From Acidobacteriota bacterium (GTDB lineage: Bacteria; Acidobacteriota; UBA890; WLXD01), in NCBI GenBank assembly GCA_963666215.2, contig CAXWPL010000002.1, positions 1 to 64,000 of the forward strand: a stretch of DNA of 64,000 nt, given 5' to 3'. Shown here piece by piece: positions 9,432 to 18,113 of this stretch. The notes under the pieces are model-generated. The model searched no databases. It was not told the DNA's origin and worked only from the letters and a program-made list of their open reading frames with translations. Position 1 is the first letter of the stretch. Every line of letters starts with the position of its first letter. A program made the position numbers and the translations under genes.

Positions 9432-12400
9432 CGGATGTCTGCGCCTTCAGGATCTCGGTCGCTCCAACGTGGTAGTGCTCCACCTTCACTATCGGCTTCC
9501 ACCCGAGGCGTGCTGGGTCCTGGACCAGATGGACCTCGGGCTGTGAGGCGCAGTTGAAAACCACGTAGAGCCAATAGTCCTCTTTGAGCCGCTCGGCGGT
9601 CCGGTACTCGTTGGTCGTCAGAGCAACTTCGCCAACATGCGAGCGCCCCTTCACTTCAATGAATCGCACGCCAATAGCCGTCTCCGGGTCCTCGGGGTGC
9701 GGCTTGCGCGAGATGAGGTCGAAGCCCCGGTTCTCCTTCTCTACGCTTTCGACACTCCATCCACGAGCCTCTTCGTACTTGGTCACGGCCTCGACGGCGA
9801 TCCTCTCAATCTCCGGATCTGAAACCATCCCCCTCGTCTCCGGGTCCTCGCGGGCCGGGTGTGGCAGGACCCACGCGCTCCCGAGGTGCTGGATGTTCGT
9901 CACCGTGCACTGCCGCTCTTTCTCCAGGTCGACCCTTCTGCGCTCCAGGCGGTTGTTGAGTTCGTCGAGCCGATCCTCCTGAATCTTCAAGCGACCGTCG
10001 AGCCCCGGTTCGTCCGATCCGGCCTGCTTCCGCTGGATCAGCTCGCCGAACTTCACCTGCTCCCGGTCGATGATCGCGTTGAGGCTGATCTCCAGGTGTT
10101 CGGTGATGGTCTGGATCTCCTTCGCCCTCAGGGCGACGGCCTCGTCCAACAGACGCTGTAGCGCCTGGTCGTAAAGGCTTGCTTCTAGCTCATCCCTGCC
10201 CGGCAGCCCTGTGAGATCAGGAGCCACTGTTCCCTTGGGCGATACCGAGAGATCCAGGAAGATCGTGGGCTGGCGGACGGAGATCTCGCCGTCCATCGCC
10301 GCCTGGGTGACGAAGAGCCGCTTGTGGAGGATCTGGCCGAGCCCGTCGCGGACTTCTGCCGAGAAGACGTCGAGTTTCACGGGCTCCGCTCGGTTCAGGT
10401 CGTAGAAGACGGCTCCTCGCTCCAAGTCGCCCTGGACTCTGTCCTGTGTGAAGGAGCGGATGCTCTCGAACAGCGGATGGCCGGGGGTGACCCACTCCAA
10501 GGTTGGGTCGCCCGGGAGGAGCTCCTTGTCGAAGACGACCCGCTTGTAATCTCGGCCGAGCTTCCCGAATTTGGACTCCAGCCGTTCGCCATAGGGCGCG
10601 AGGGCTCGCGGGAGGCGGCCCACTCGGTAAATGTGCTCCTGGCCTCTTTCCGGTTTGGGCGTGAGGCCGGCAGACGGCGCAGCTTGGACGAAGAACTCCT
10701 CGATGACCTCGGGAACCAAACGGCGCTCTTTGGCCTCTTCGGACTTCCCGACGATCGCCGAGAGATTCAGCTCGCGCTTCGCCAGCCCTTCGAGGGCGGA
10801 CTCGGTGATCTGCTGGAGACGCGCAGTGTCCACATCGGTGACGATACGGTCCATGATCGCCTGCTCGGTCAGGTTGCGGGCGTACATCTCCCGCAGCATT
10901 CGCTCCAGGTGCGTCGCCGGGAACACATCGCCGAGCACGTTGAACACCTTACCCGTGCGGTCCGGGTCGAGGTCCTCCTCGATCTTCTCGATGCGCTCGA
11001 AGAGCTTCTCCAGAACCCGTCCCTCGCGGGTGTTGCTGCTGACGAAGTTGATGATCAGGCAGTCCTTCTCCTGGCCGTATCGGTGAATGCGGCCCATCCG
11101 TTGTTCTAGGCGGTTCGGATTCCAGGGAATGTCGTAGTTGATCATGTACCAGCAGAACTGGAGGTTGATCCCCTCGCCCGCCGCCTCCGTTGCGACGAGG
11201 ACCTGGCAGTCTTCCTTGAACTCCCGCTCGGCGTAGATCCGGGATCCAGGGGTGTCCCGGTCGCCGATCTTCATGCCGCCGTGGATCTGCGTAATGTTGA
11301 GGCCCCACTCCCGGAGCTTCCCGAGGGGTCGTCCGTCGCGGCCATCGGCGGCTAGGTAGTCGAGGGTGTCCTTGTGCTCTGTGAAGACCAAGAGCTTCAT
11401 CTTGGGATCAGAGAAGATCCCCTTCTCGGTGATGACATCTCTGAGCTTCTGGAGCTTGGTCTCGACCTCCCGCTCTTCGAGCTGGACAGCCTGCTTCGCC
11501 AGTTTGCCCAGATCCAGGATCTCTTCCCTGAGGTCCTCGGGGTTGATCGATGCAACGACTCCCTCCAGGTCCTCCAGAATCTGCGTCTGGGCATCCTCAG
11601 GGAGATCCTCGAAATCGTCGGGGATTCGCTTGAGGATCTGCTCTTGGCGGTAGCCCTCTGGGTCTTCCAGGATTTTCTCGCGCCGGGCTTTCATCCGCTC
11701 CAGCGTGCGGCGCACCGCGTAGATGCTTGAAGCGAAGCGGCGCTGGAGCATCGCCATCGTGAAACCGAGGGCGCGGCCACGGGCGGAACTATCCTGGACC
11801 GCCTTGATCGACTGGTCTTCGACGTAGCGGGTGAGGCGGTCGTAGAAGTCGAGTTCCTCGTCGTCGATCTGGAAGGCGATGGTCCGGACGATACGCTTGG
11901 TGAAGAGACTCTTCGCCTGCCCCGTGTCCGGATCGGGGAAGGTCACTAGAGCCTCCTTGACGCGGCGGAGGTAGAAGGGGGCCTCCCGCTCCTCCATGGC
12001 CTTCTCAAGGCTCTTCACGTCGCCGTAGACATCTGGGTCCAGGAGGCGGAGGAAGAAGCCGAAGTTCACCGGGTCGCCCTTGTGGGGCGTCGCCGTCATC
12101 AAGAGGTAGTGGTCGGTCCGCTCGGAGAGAGCCTCCCCGAGCTGGTAGGCGAGGGTCTTCTTCTCCTCCCCGTAGGCGCTCATCTTGTGGGCCTCGTCCA
12201 CGATGACGAGGTCCCAGCGGCTCCGCATGAGGCTCTCGTGGGCGTCCTCAATACGCGAAACCCAGGAGACCGAGGTAATGCACTGGTTGATCTCCTGCCA
12301 CGGGTTGACGCCGTAGTTGGACCGGAGGAGGTGGCTGCGGACGATCTGGAAGCTCTCCCGAAACTTGTCCTTCAGCTCCCGCTGCCACTGGAAGCAGAGG

Positions 12401-12876
12401 TTGGCGGGCGTGACGATCAGGACGCGTTGGATGAGGCCCCGGACCTTCAGTTCCTTGATCAGAAGCCCGGCCATGATGGTCTTGCCCGCGCCGGGGTCAT
12501 CGGCCAAGAGGAACCGGATGCGAGGGATCTTCAGGAAGTAGTCGTAGACGGCCTCCAACTGGTGGGGCAGAGGATCAACACGGGCGATTGAGAGGCTGAA
12601 GTATGGGTCGTACTCGTAGGCAATGCCGAGGCGCATCGCCTCGATACCGAGCCGGAACCTGGCCGCGTCGCCGTCGAAAAGAGGAGTCTCAGGCGTGGGC
12701 TCTAGCTCGGCGACCTGGGCGGAGGAGAGGACCGGCTGGTGGACCTGCCCCGTGCGCATTCCCTCGCCGATCAGCTTGACAGAGTCCCCCAGTGGGACCG
12801 TCTTGATGATCTTGACCGGCTCGGGAAGGACCGACCCTCGAACAATCAGGTCCGGCTTGAGATCGTCACTCTTCAT
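9424..12876 (-). CDS. SNF2-type helicase with C-terminal DUF3883 (NOV-C) nuclease domain
   Basis: ADDPGAGKT, DEAH, TATPH, EAAGEGINLQ, QRMGRIHRYGQ; C-terminal GFDLIS...FIEVKG. Confidence 0.9.
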   Translation of the reverse strand: MKSDDLKPDLIVRGSVLPEPVKIIKTVPLGDSVKLIGEGMRTGQVHQPVLSSAQVAELEPTPETPLFDGDAARFRLGIEAMRLGIAYEYDPYFSLSIARVDPLPHQLEAVYDYFLKIPRIRFLLADDPGAGKTIMAGLLIKELKVRGLIQRVLIVTPANLCFQWQRELKDKFRESFQIVRSHLLRSNYGVNPWQEINQCITSVSWVSRIEDAHESLMRSRWDLVIVDEAHKMSAYGEEKKTLAYQLGEALSERTDHYLLMTATPHKGDPVNFGFFLRLLDPDVYGDVKSLEKAMEEREAPFYLRRVKEALVTFPDPDTGQAKSLFTKRIVRTIAFQIDDEELDFYDRLTRYVEDQSIKAVQDSSARGRALGFTMAMLQRRFASSIYAVRRTLERMKARREKILEDPEGYRQEQILKRIPDDFEDLPEDAQTQILEDLEGVVASINPEDLREEILDLGKLAKQAVQLEEREVETKLQKLRDVITEKGIFSDPKMKLLVFTEHKDTLDYLAADGRDGRPLGKLREWGLNITQIHGGMKIGDRDTPGSRIYAEREFKEDCQVLVATEAAGEGINLQFCWYMINYDIPWNPNRLEQRMGRIHRYGQEKDCLIINFVSSNTREGRVLEKLFERIEKIEEDLDPDRTGKVFNVLGDVFPATHLERMLREMYARNLTEQAIMDRIVTDVDTARLQQITESALEGLAKRELNLSAIVGKSEEAKERRLVPEVIEEFFVQAAPSAGLTPKPERGQEHIYRVGRLPRALAPYGERLESKFGKLGRDYKRVVFDKELLPGDPTLEWVTPGHPLFESIRSFTQDRVQGDLERGAVFYDLNRAEPVKLDVFSAEVRDGLGQILHKRLFVTQAAMDGEISVRQPTIFLDLSVSPKGTVAPDLTGLPGRDELEASLYDQALQRLLDEAVALRAKEIQTITEHLEISLNAIIDREQVKFGELIQRKQAGSDEPGLDGRLKIQEDRLDELNNRLERRRVDLEKERQCTVTNIQHLGSAWVLPHPAREDPETRGMVSDPEIERIAVEAVTKYEEARGWSVESVEKENRGFDLISRKPHPEDPETAIGVRFIEVKGRSHVGEVALTTNEYRTAERLKEDYWLYVVFNCASQPEVHLVQDPARLGWKPIVKVEHYHVGATEILKAQTSDG

Positions 12877-12939
12877 CCGCCCCATCCCTCGCCACGGCGT
12901 TGCCACTCGGTGATCGCAGCCTCCGGCTGGCTCACGCCG

Positions 12940-13040
12940 ACCTGCTCACCGTCCGTGTTGCTGCCCAGCAGGTCGGCAGCTTGCCAGAGCTTGGCCTCGA
13001 AGCCGAGGTTGGCGCCTGGGTTCTTGTTCTTCTTGGCCAG
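12940..13040 (-). pseudogene. hsdM: 5' relic of a type I restriction-modification methylase gene
   Basis: (L)AKKNKNPGANLGFEAKLWQAADLL matches the HsdM N-terminus; GAGGAGG RBS precedes a CTG where ATG is expected; similarity is lost after ~30 codons. Confidence 0.65.
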
Positions 13041-13280
13041 GCTTCGTCGCCCTCCTCGGTCACGAGATCGCGGAGCATACCGACAATCGTTCAGCGATTC
13101 CAAGAGCAAGCTCGCCGAACACACGATCAGCGTTCGTCGGGTGCGAACCCTTGTAACCGGTTACCAACCGCACGGCAGCTCGGGGCCACCTCGGAATTGA
13201 TTGACCTGCCCCCCCCAATAGTCGGGCCAGTTTGAGAGTTAGGATTTGAGGCTCTCAGACGGGTTCGAGAAGGGGGATAA

Positions 13281-13559
13281 ATGGCACGGAAGCGCTACAC
13301 GGTCGAGCAGATCATCGGCAAGCTCCGGGAGGCAGAGGTGCAGTTGGCGAAGGGAGCCAAGACACCGGAGGTGTGCCGGGCGCTGGGCATCAGCGAGAAC
13401 ACGTACTACCGGTGGCGGAAGGAGTACGGTGGACTGAGAGTGGATCAGGCGCGGCGGCTCAAGGAGCTCGAGCGCGAGAACGCCCGGCTGAAGAAGTTGC
13501 TGGCAGAGACCATGCTGGACAACTCCATCTTGAAGGAAGCTTCGTCGGGAAACTTCTGA
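13281..13559 (+). CDS. IS3 OrfA
   Basis: MARKRYTVEQIIGKLREAE...GISENTYYRWRKEYGG...RLKELERENARLK. Confidence 0.9.
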   Translation: MARKRYTVEQIIGKLREAEVQLAKGAKTPEVCRALGISENTYYRWRKEYGGLRVDQARRLKELERENARLKKLLAETMLDNSILKEASSGNF

Positions 13560-14440
13560 GCCCGGCGCGGCGACGCCGGGCAGTGCGGAACGCACAGCAG
13601 TCGCTGGGGGTCTCCGAGAGGCGGGCCTGCAGAGTTCTCGGCCAGAGGCGCTCGACGCAGCAGTATCGAGCCAAGGTGCCTCAGGACGAAACGGCGCTCG
13701 TTGAGCGAATGAGTCAGTTAGCGACCCAGTATGGGCGCTATGGGTACCGTCGGATCACGGCGCTGCTTCAGGGTGAAGGCTGGCGCGTCAATCACAAGAG
13801 GATCGAGCGGTTATGGCGACGTGAAGGGCTGAAAGTGCCGCGCAAGCAGCCGAAGCGAGGACGTTTGTGGCTCAACGACGGGTCCTGCGTGCGGCTGCGG
13901 CCGGAAAGGAAAGATCACGTGTGGGCGTACGACTTCGTGCACGAGAGAACGCACGACGGGAAAGCGCTTCGTCTGCTGACGATCGTCGACGAGTACACAC
14001 GGGAGTGCCTGGCGATCGATGTGGCAAGGAGGCTGAACTCCGAGAACGTGCTGGAGCGGCTCGCTGAGCTGTTCGTGAGCCGGGGTGTTCCGGATCACAT
14101 CCGCTCGGACAACGGGCCGGAGTTCACGGCCCAGGTGGTGCGGGAGTGGCTTGGGCGGATCGGGGTCAAGACGTTGTTCATCGAGCCCGGCTCGCCCTGG
14201 GAGAACGGCTACGTGGAGAGCTTCAACGGCAAGCTCAGGGACGAGCTCCTGAACGGGGAGATCTTCTACACACTTAAGGAGGCAGAGGTTCTGATCGAGA
14301 GATGGCGCAAGCAGTACAACCGCGTGCGGCCCCATAGCGCGCTGGGCTATCGGCCACCCGCACCCGAAGCGATGTTGTTGCAGCCGGCTGCGCTCCGCTC
14401 CGCCGGCTCCAACAACCTCTTGTCAGCACCGATTCAATGA
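13556..14440 (+). CDS. IS3 OrfB DDE transposase (fused to OrfA by -1 frameshift)
   Basis: WAYDF, RSDNGPEF, PWENGYVESFNGKLRDE. Confidence 0.9.
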   Translation: MSPARRRRAVRNAQQSLGVSERRACRVLGQRRSTQQYRAKVPQDETALVERMSQLATQYGRYGYRRITALLQGEGWRVNHKRIERLWRREGLKVPRKQPKRGRLWLNDGSCVRLRPERKDHVWAYDFVHERTHDGKALRLLTIVDEYTRECLAIDVARRLNSENVLERLAELFVSRGVPDHIRSDNGPEFTAQVVREWLGRIGVKTLFIEPGSPWENGYVESFNGKLRDELLNGEIFYTLKEAEVLIERWRKQYNRVRPHSALGYRPPAPEAMLLQPAALRSAGSNNLLSAPIQ

Positions 14441-14474
14441 GTTAACAAGTGGCCCAAACACATGGGGCAGGTCA

Positions 14475-14729
14475 CTCACGCTCAAGCCAGACCCACGCCT
14501 CCATGAGGGCCAGGATCACCTCTTCCCGCGAGTCCTGCGGATACTCTTGCACTGTGTGTTCGAGACCGAAGTTGAACCGGTTTAAGTTTCTCTGTTCGGA
14601 GGCAGGGAGACGGTTGAGCCGTTCCACCAGTAAGCCGGCAAGCTCCTCGGGCTCAAGCGCGAGCACAACCTCCGGGTCGGGAATCAGCGAATGGATGGAG
14701 CCAGGGACCGCGCCTCCTGTGTCGTTCAT
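14475..14729 (-). pseudogene. N-terminal part of a TIGR02391/Ymh-type protein truncated by the IS
   Basis: LIPDPEVVLALEPEELAG...ALMEAWVWLERE ends exactly at the IS right end; the remainder is absent on the other side. Confidence 0.65.
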
Positions 14730-14793
14730 GCTTGCCCTCTCGTGTCGTTGATCTCGTTAGCCAAGAGGAGATCGTCCCTCGCTCCAGCGACGG

Positions 14794-15084
14794 TCACGTG
14801 CTGGTGACCTGCCATCCGCCGCGACGAGGGCGACTCACGAAGTCCCCCGCCCGTGTTTCCGCGCCCCACTCCCGCGGGTCATCCATCCAGGCGTTGATGT
14901 CTGTGGCCCAGTGCAGGGAGCGCTCGGCAGTCGCCTTGATCGGCTCCGGGAACTTGCCGACTCGGCGCAGGTGCCAGCGCGTGGGTCGCGACAGAATGCC
15001 CTTCAACGCCGCTTTCAACACGTGCGGCGACTTCTTCGCCGGTGAGCCTATGCTGGCCGACAGCGTTGCATGCGCCTTCGTCAT
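14794..15084 (-). CDS. AlpA-like HTH regulator
   Basis: GILSRPTRWHLRRVGKFPEPIKATAERSLHWATDINAWM follows the AlpA pattern (LSRxTxxRxxxxGKFPxPI...W...I.AW). Confidence 0.55.
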   Translation of the reverse strand: MTKAHATLSASIGSPAKKSPHVLKAALKGILSRPTRWHLRRVGKFPEPIKATAERSLHWATDINAWMDDPREWGAETRAGDFVSRPRRGGWQVTST

Positions 15085-15085
15085 T

Positions 15086-16685
15086 TCAGAGCATCCCGAT
15101 GCGCTGCGGTCCGCCGGGGATGAATTCTTCTTCTGCCGAGCTTCCGGCCTGCTGTTGCTCGCCCCCGTGGGCACGTGCCACGGCGCGGAACATTTCATCC
15201 CAACTGCCACTGACGCCGAGTTGTCGTGCGCGCTCGGCGAGCGAGCTCGTATCGGCGCAACCCGTCGCGGCGGTCTCTCTTGCGCTCAGGACGATGCCCC
15301 AGCGCCGGCGCTTCCCTTCCGCTATCGCAACCAGCGCACCGGCGACAGCGTTGGCGACGTCATCGTGGCCGCCGGGAGCATGATCTAATGCTGTCGCGGC
15401 CACCACGGGCCACACGCCTCTCGAGGCCACCGAGCTGGGCTGCTAGTCGCGGCAGATCTAGCAGCTCGATGCCGCCACTGTTGAGCGCGGGCAAGAACTC
15501 ACGGTACAGATCGGACTTCGCCTTGTCTGCCGCCTTGAGGTCGATCCCCTGCCGTCTCATCGCCTCTGTCGCGAAGTCGGCAGCGTAGCGATCGGCCGTC
15601 GCGCGGGTGACCCGGTAGCGCTTCAGATCGCCGGCGAAGTCGCGACACACCTGCTCCGGAGAGAACGGCGGCCGGACCTCTCGCACCAGGTCCAGGACGC
15701 CCATGCTGCGCTCTTCGCGGAACTCGAGGTGCGCGATCGCCAACGTAGCGGAGTCCTGCCCGGAGCCACCCGCAAAGTCAACGAAGCCGCTGTATGACAC
15801 GCCGGGCACGGGTGGCAACTCGTGACGATCGACAACAGTGCAGCCATCGACGACCTCGCGGGAAATGAACCCAGAGACGTCAGTGCGGAACTGGGCCCCG
15901 TACTCGGCCGCGGCGGCAACCGGATCCACCTCATAGGCCCGGTCGATGATCTCCTGGGGGACGGCTGGATTCAGCAGACGTGTCTCGGCCTGTACCACCA
16001 GCACGTCACCGTCGACTCCGTAGTGATGACGGTGTGCCCGGTAGAGCTCGCCTTTGCGGGCGTAGGGGCTCGACACGCATAGCAACATCGCCCCCGGCAC
16101 GGTGGCCATCGCGGGACGCAGGGCGGCGAGGATCTCGCGGTCCGGATTCGCTGCGTCGTCCGTCGGCCAAAACGCGATCTCGTCGAGGATGGCGCCGACG
16201 ACCGTATAGCCGCGCACGCTTCTGAAACTTGCCGAATGGATCTCGATCGACAGGCCGTTGGTGAGTTGGATCTCCGTCTTCGTCTCGTGTGCGATGAGCT
16301 GCTCGAGCACCGGCGTGCTGTGCAACAGGCCACTAATGTAGCGGCGCACGACGCGCGCCTGTCGGCGGTCGGCGGCGATCACCATGAAGGTGCCTACCTC
16401 ACCTCGAGCGAGCTTGTACGTCCGGCACGTAGTCAGGTACACGGCCACCAGCGCCGCGATGATGCTCTTGCCACCGCGCCGACCGGCGATCGCCCACACC
16501 TCGCGGGCCGGAACGGTCGGCGCCGTCGACCTGCCCGTGAGCTCCTCGAATGCCTCGAGCTCGGCGTCGGTGAGGGGCAGAGCGAACATGGCTTTCAACA
16601 GCACACGCCAGCCGTCCCACGTCTCGCCGGCGAACTGGTTGCCGAGCACCTTCGACATCAGCGTCAGGATCGAGCGGCTACTCAT
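15086..16685 (-). CDS. terL: Terminase large subunit (frameshift at ~15386 in the nuclease domain)
   Basis: Walker A AGRRGGKS, Walker B AILDEIAFW, SSP coupling motif, RNase H-like FVDFAGG; the last acidic motif DHAPGGHDDVANA lies in the next frame. Confidence 0.8.
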
Positions 16686-17214
16686 CGTCCATCACCTCCG
16701 CCAGTGTCTGCGCCGGCCGCGGCTCCCGTCGGAGCCCGACGAGCCGCAGGTGTCTTTCTGTTCGATCAAGCGCAGCACACCAGATCGTGAACGCGTGCCT
16801 TGTCTTGCCCTTGACGGTCAGCGGTCCGCCCTGCTGAACCATCCGCGTGAAGGCACTGTCTCGAACCAACGCGGCCTGCGCAGCGCCGTCGGCGGCGAGC
16901 TCCAGGGCCCGCGGAGCGTCGTAGAGCTCGTAACCGGCGTCGGCGATGATCGCGTCTCGGATCTCACGCTGGGCTTCGGCGTGCTCGCGCCAAAAGGCGG
17001 CGCTTCTGTGGCCAACGACGAGAGCTAGGTCATTGCCGGTGAGGACGTGGCCAGCAGCGCAACGATCAGGGTGCTTCGTGCTTGCGCCGGCGCCACAGCG
17101 GCAGACGGCACCGGCGCGGCTCGCACAATCGTCGTCGAGCGATCGCCGCCAGTCTCGATGCGCGGCGGCGGCAGCTTCCTGCTCGAGCATGTCGGCGGCG
17201 ATATCGTCGCTCAT
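16678..17214 (-). CDS. Putative terminase small subunit
   Basis: Overlaps the terL start; tail GPLTVKGKTRHAF...LRLVGL resembles P27-type TerS; Cys-containing N-terminal part. Confidence 0.5.
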   Translation of the reverse strand: MSDDIAADMLEQEAAAAAHRDWRRSLDDDCASRAGAVCRCGAGASTKHPDRCAAGHVLTGNDLALVVGHRSAAFWREHAEAQREIRDAIIADAGYELYDAPRALELAADGAAQAALVRDSAFTRMVQQGGPLTVKGKTRHAFTIWCAALDRTERHLRLVGLRREPRPAQTLAEVMDDE

Positions 17215-17630
17215 GGGGCCACCTCTACCGCCTGTAGGTCATGGTCAGGGATGCCGGCGCATGTAGTGGGCGATTCACCCGGCACATCGCGGCACGTCGT
17301 CTCGACGTAGCTGCTCTCGTGGATGATCGCCAGCAAATCGGTGAGCGTCAGGATCGCCACCCACTCAGACGCGTTGCGCCGATGCGCCACGATCGGCAGC
17401 TTGTCGCCAGCGTCGCGTCGCGCCTGGGCGACGGCGTCGTACAGGGACAGCCGTTCGGTTCGCTTTGCTTCGAAATGGATCGATGGCAGGGAGGGCACGA
17501 TGACGTCGGGGCTGTCCGGGCCGCCCCGGTGCTGCTGGCCGCGGCGTGCGTCGAAGCCTTCGGCGGTGAGGATGGCTGCGAACTCCACGTCGCCGCGCTT
17601 GCCCTTGTTGTGGGAGCGGTCCCCGCTCAT
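17211..17630 (-). CDS. Phage Holliday-junction resolvase-like PD-(D/E)xK nuclease
   Basis: SHNKGKRGDVE...SPDV...HFEAKRTERLSL...PIVAHRRN. Confidence 0.75.
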   Translation of the reverse strand: MSGDRSHNKGKRGDVEFAAILTAEGFDARRGQQHRGGPDSPDVIVPSLPSIHFEAKRTERLSLYDAVAQARRDAGDKLPIVAHRRNASEWVAILTLTDLLAIIHESSYVETTCRDVPGESPTTCAGIPDHDLQAVEVAP

Positions 17631-17972
17631 GGCGCCCTCCGGGAACGGGCCGTGAGCGAACCAAGGGTGCTGAACGGTGGCACTCGCGCCGCAGATGCCT
17701 TATCTGACCTTCGGGCTGTCACCCTGACTTGCTCCTGTAAGTCCCTATCATTCAACGGCTTTCAAGCGTCCATGCCACGGAATGCCGCGGCTCGCAGATG
17801 CTCGACGAGCCCGGCGCGCAGGTCGAGCCGTACGCGGAAGAATGCGAGGAAGGAGGGGCGGGAACGGCCGCGGGTATGGGTGCCAACAAAGAGGTCCGGA
17901 CGTAGGCCGGAGCCCGGCGCCGCCGTGTGGAGAGATCGGCAGTAACGCCCGTGTGAGCACCGACCCGGCCCA

Positions 17973-18110
17973 TACGCGTCGTACACGTCCGCCTATATAG
18001 GACGTAACGCGCGCGCGTTATTCGGATAGCTATACGTCCAAAAAGGGAGCACCCGTACGATGCGTATTCCCGGGCGTACGCCCAAAATCGGCGCACCCGT
18101 ACGACGCGTA
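17973..18110. repeat. Putative replication origin: iterons and palindromes
   Basis: GCACCCGTACGAYGCGTA at 18049-18066 and 18093-18110, inverted core at 17973-17984; palindromes CCTATATAGG, TAACGCGCGCGCGTTA and GGGCGTACGCCC, directly downstream of the primase gene. Confidence 0.6.
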
Positions 18111-18113
18111 CGC

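Larger units (their letters stand above)
13202..14474 (+). mobile_element. IS3-family (IS407-group-like) insertion sequence, no target duplication
   Basis: Terminal inverted repeats TGACCTGCCCC and GGGGCAGGTCA; slippery GGGAAAC at 13547-13553 followed by hairpin CCCGGCG-cggcga-CGCCGGG; the flanks differ (TTGAT vs CTCAC). Confidence 0.9.
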
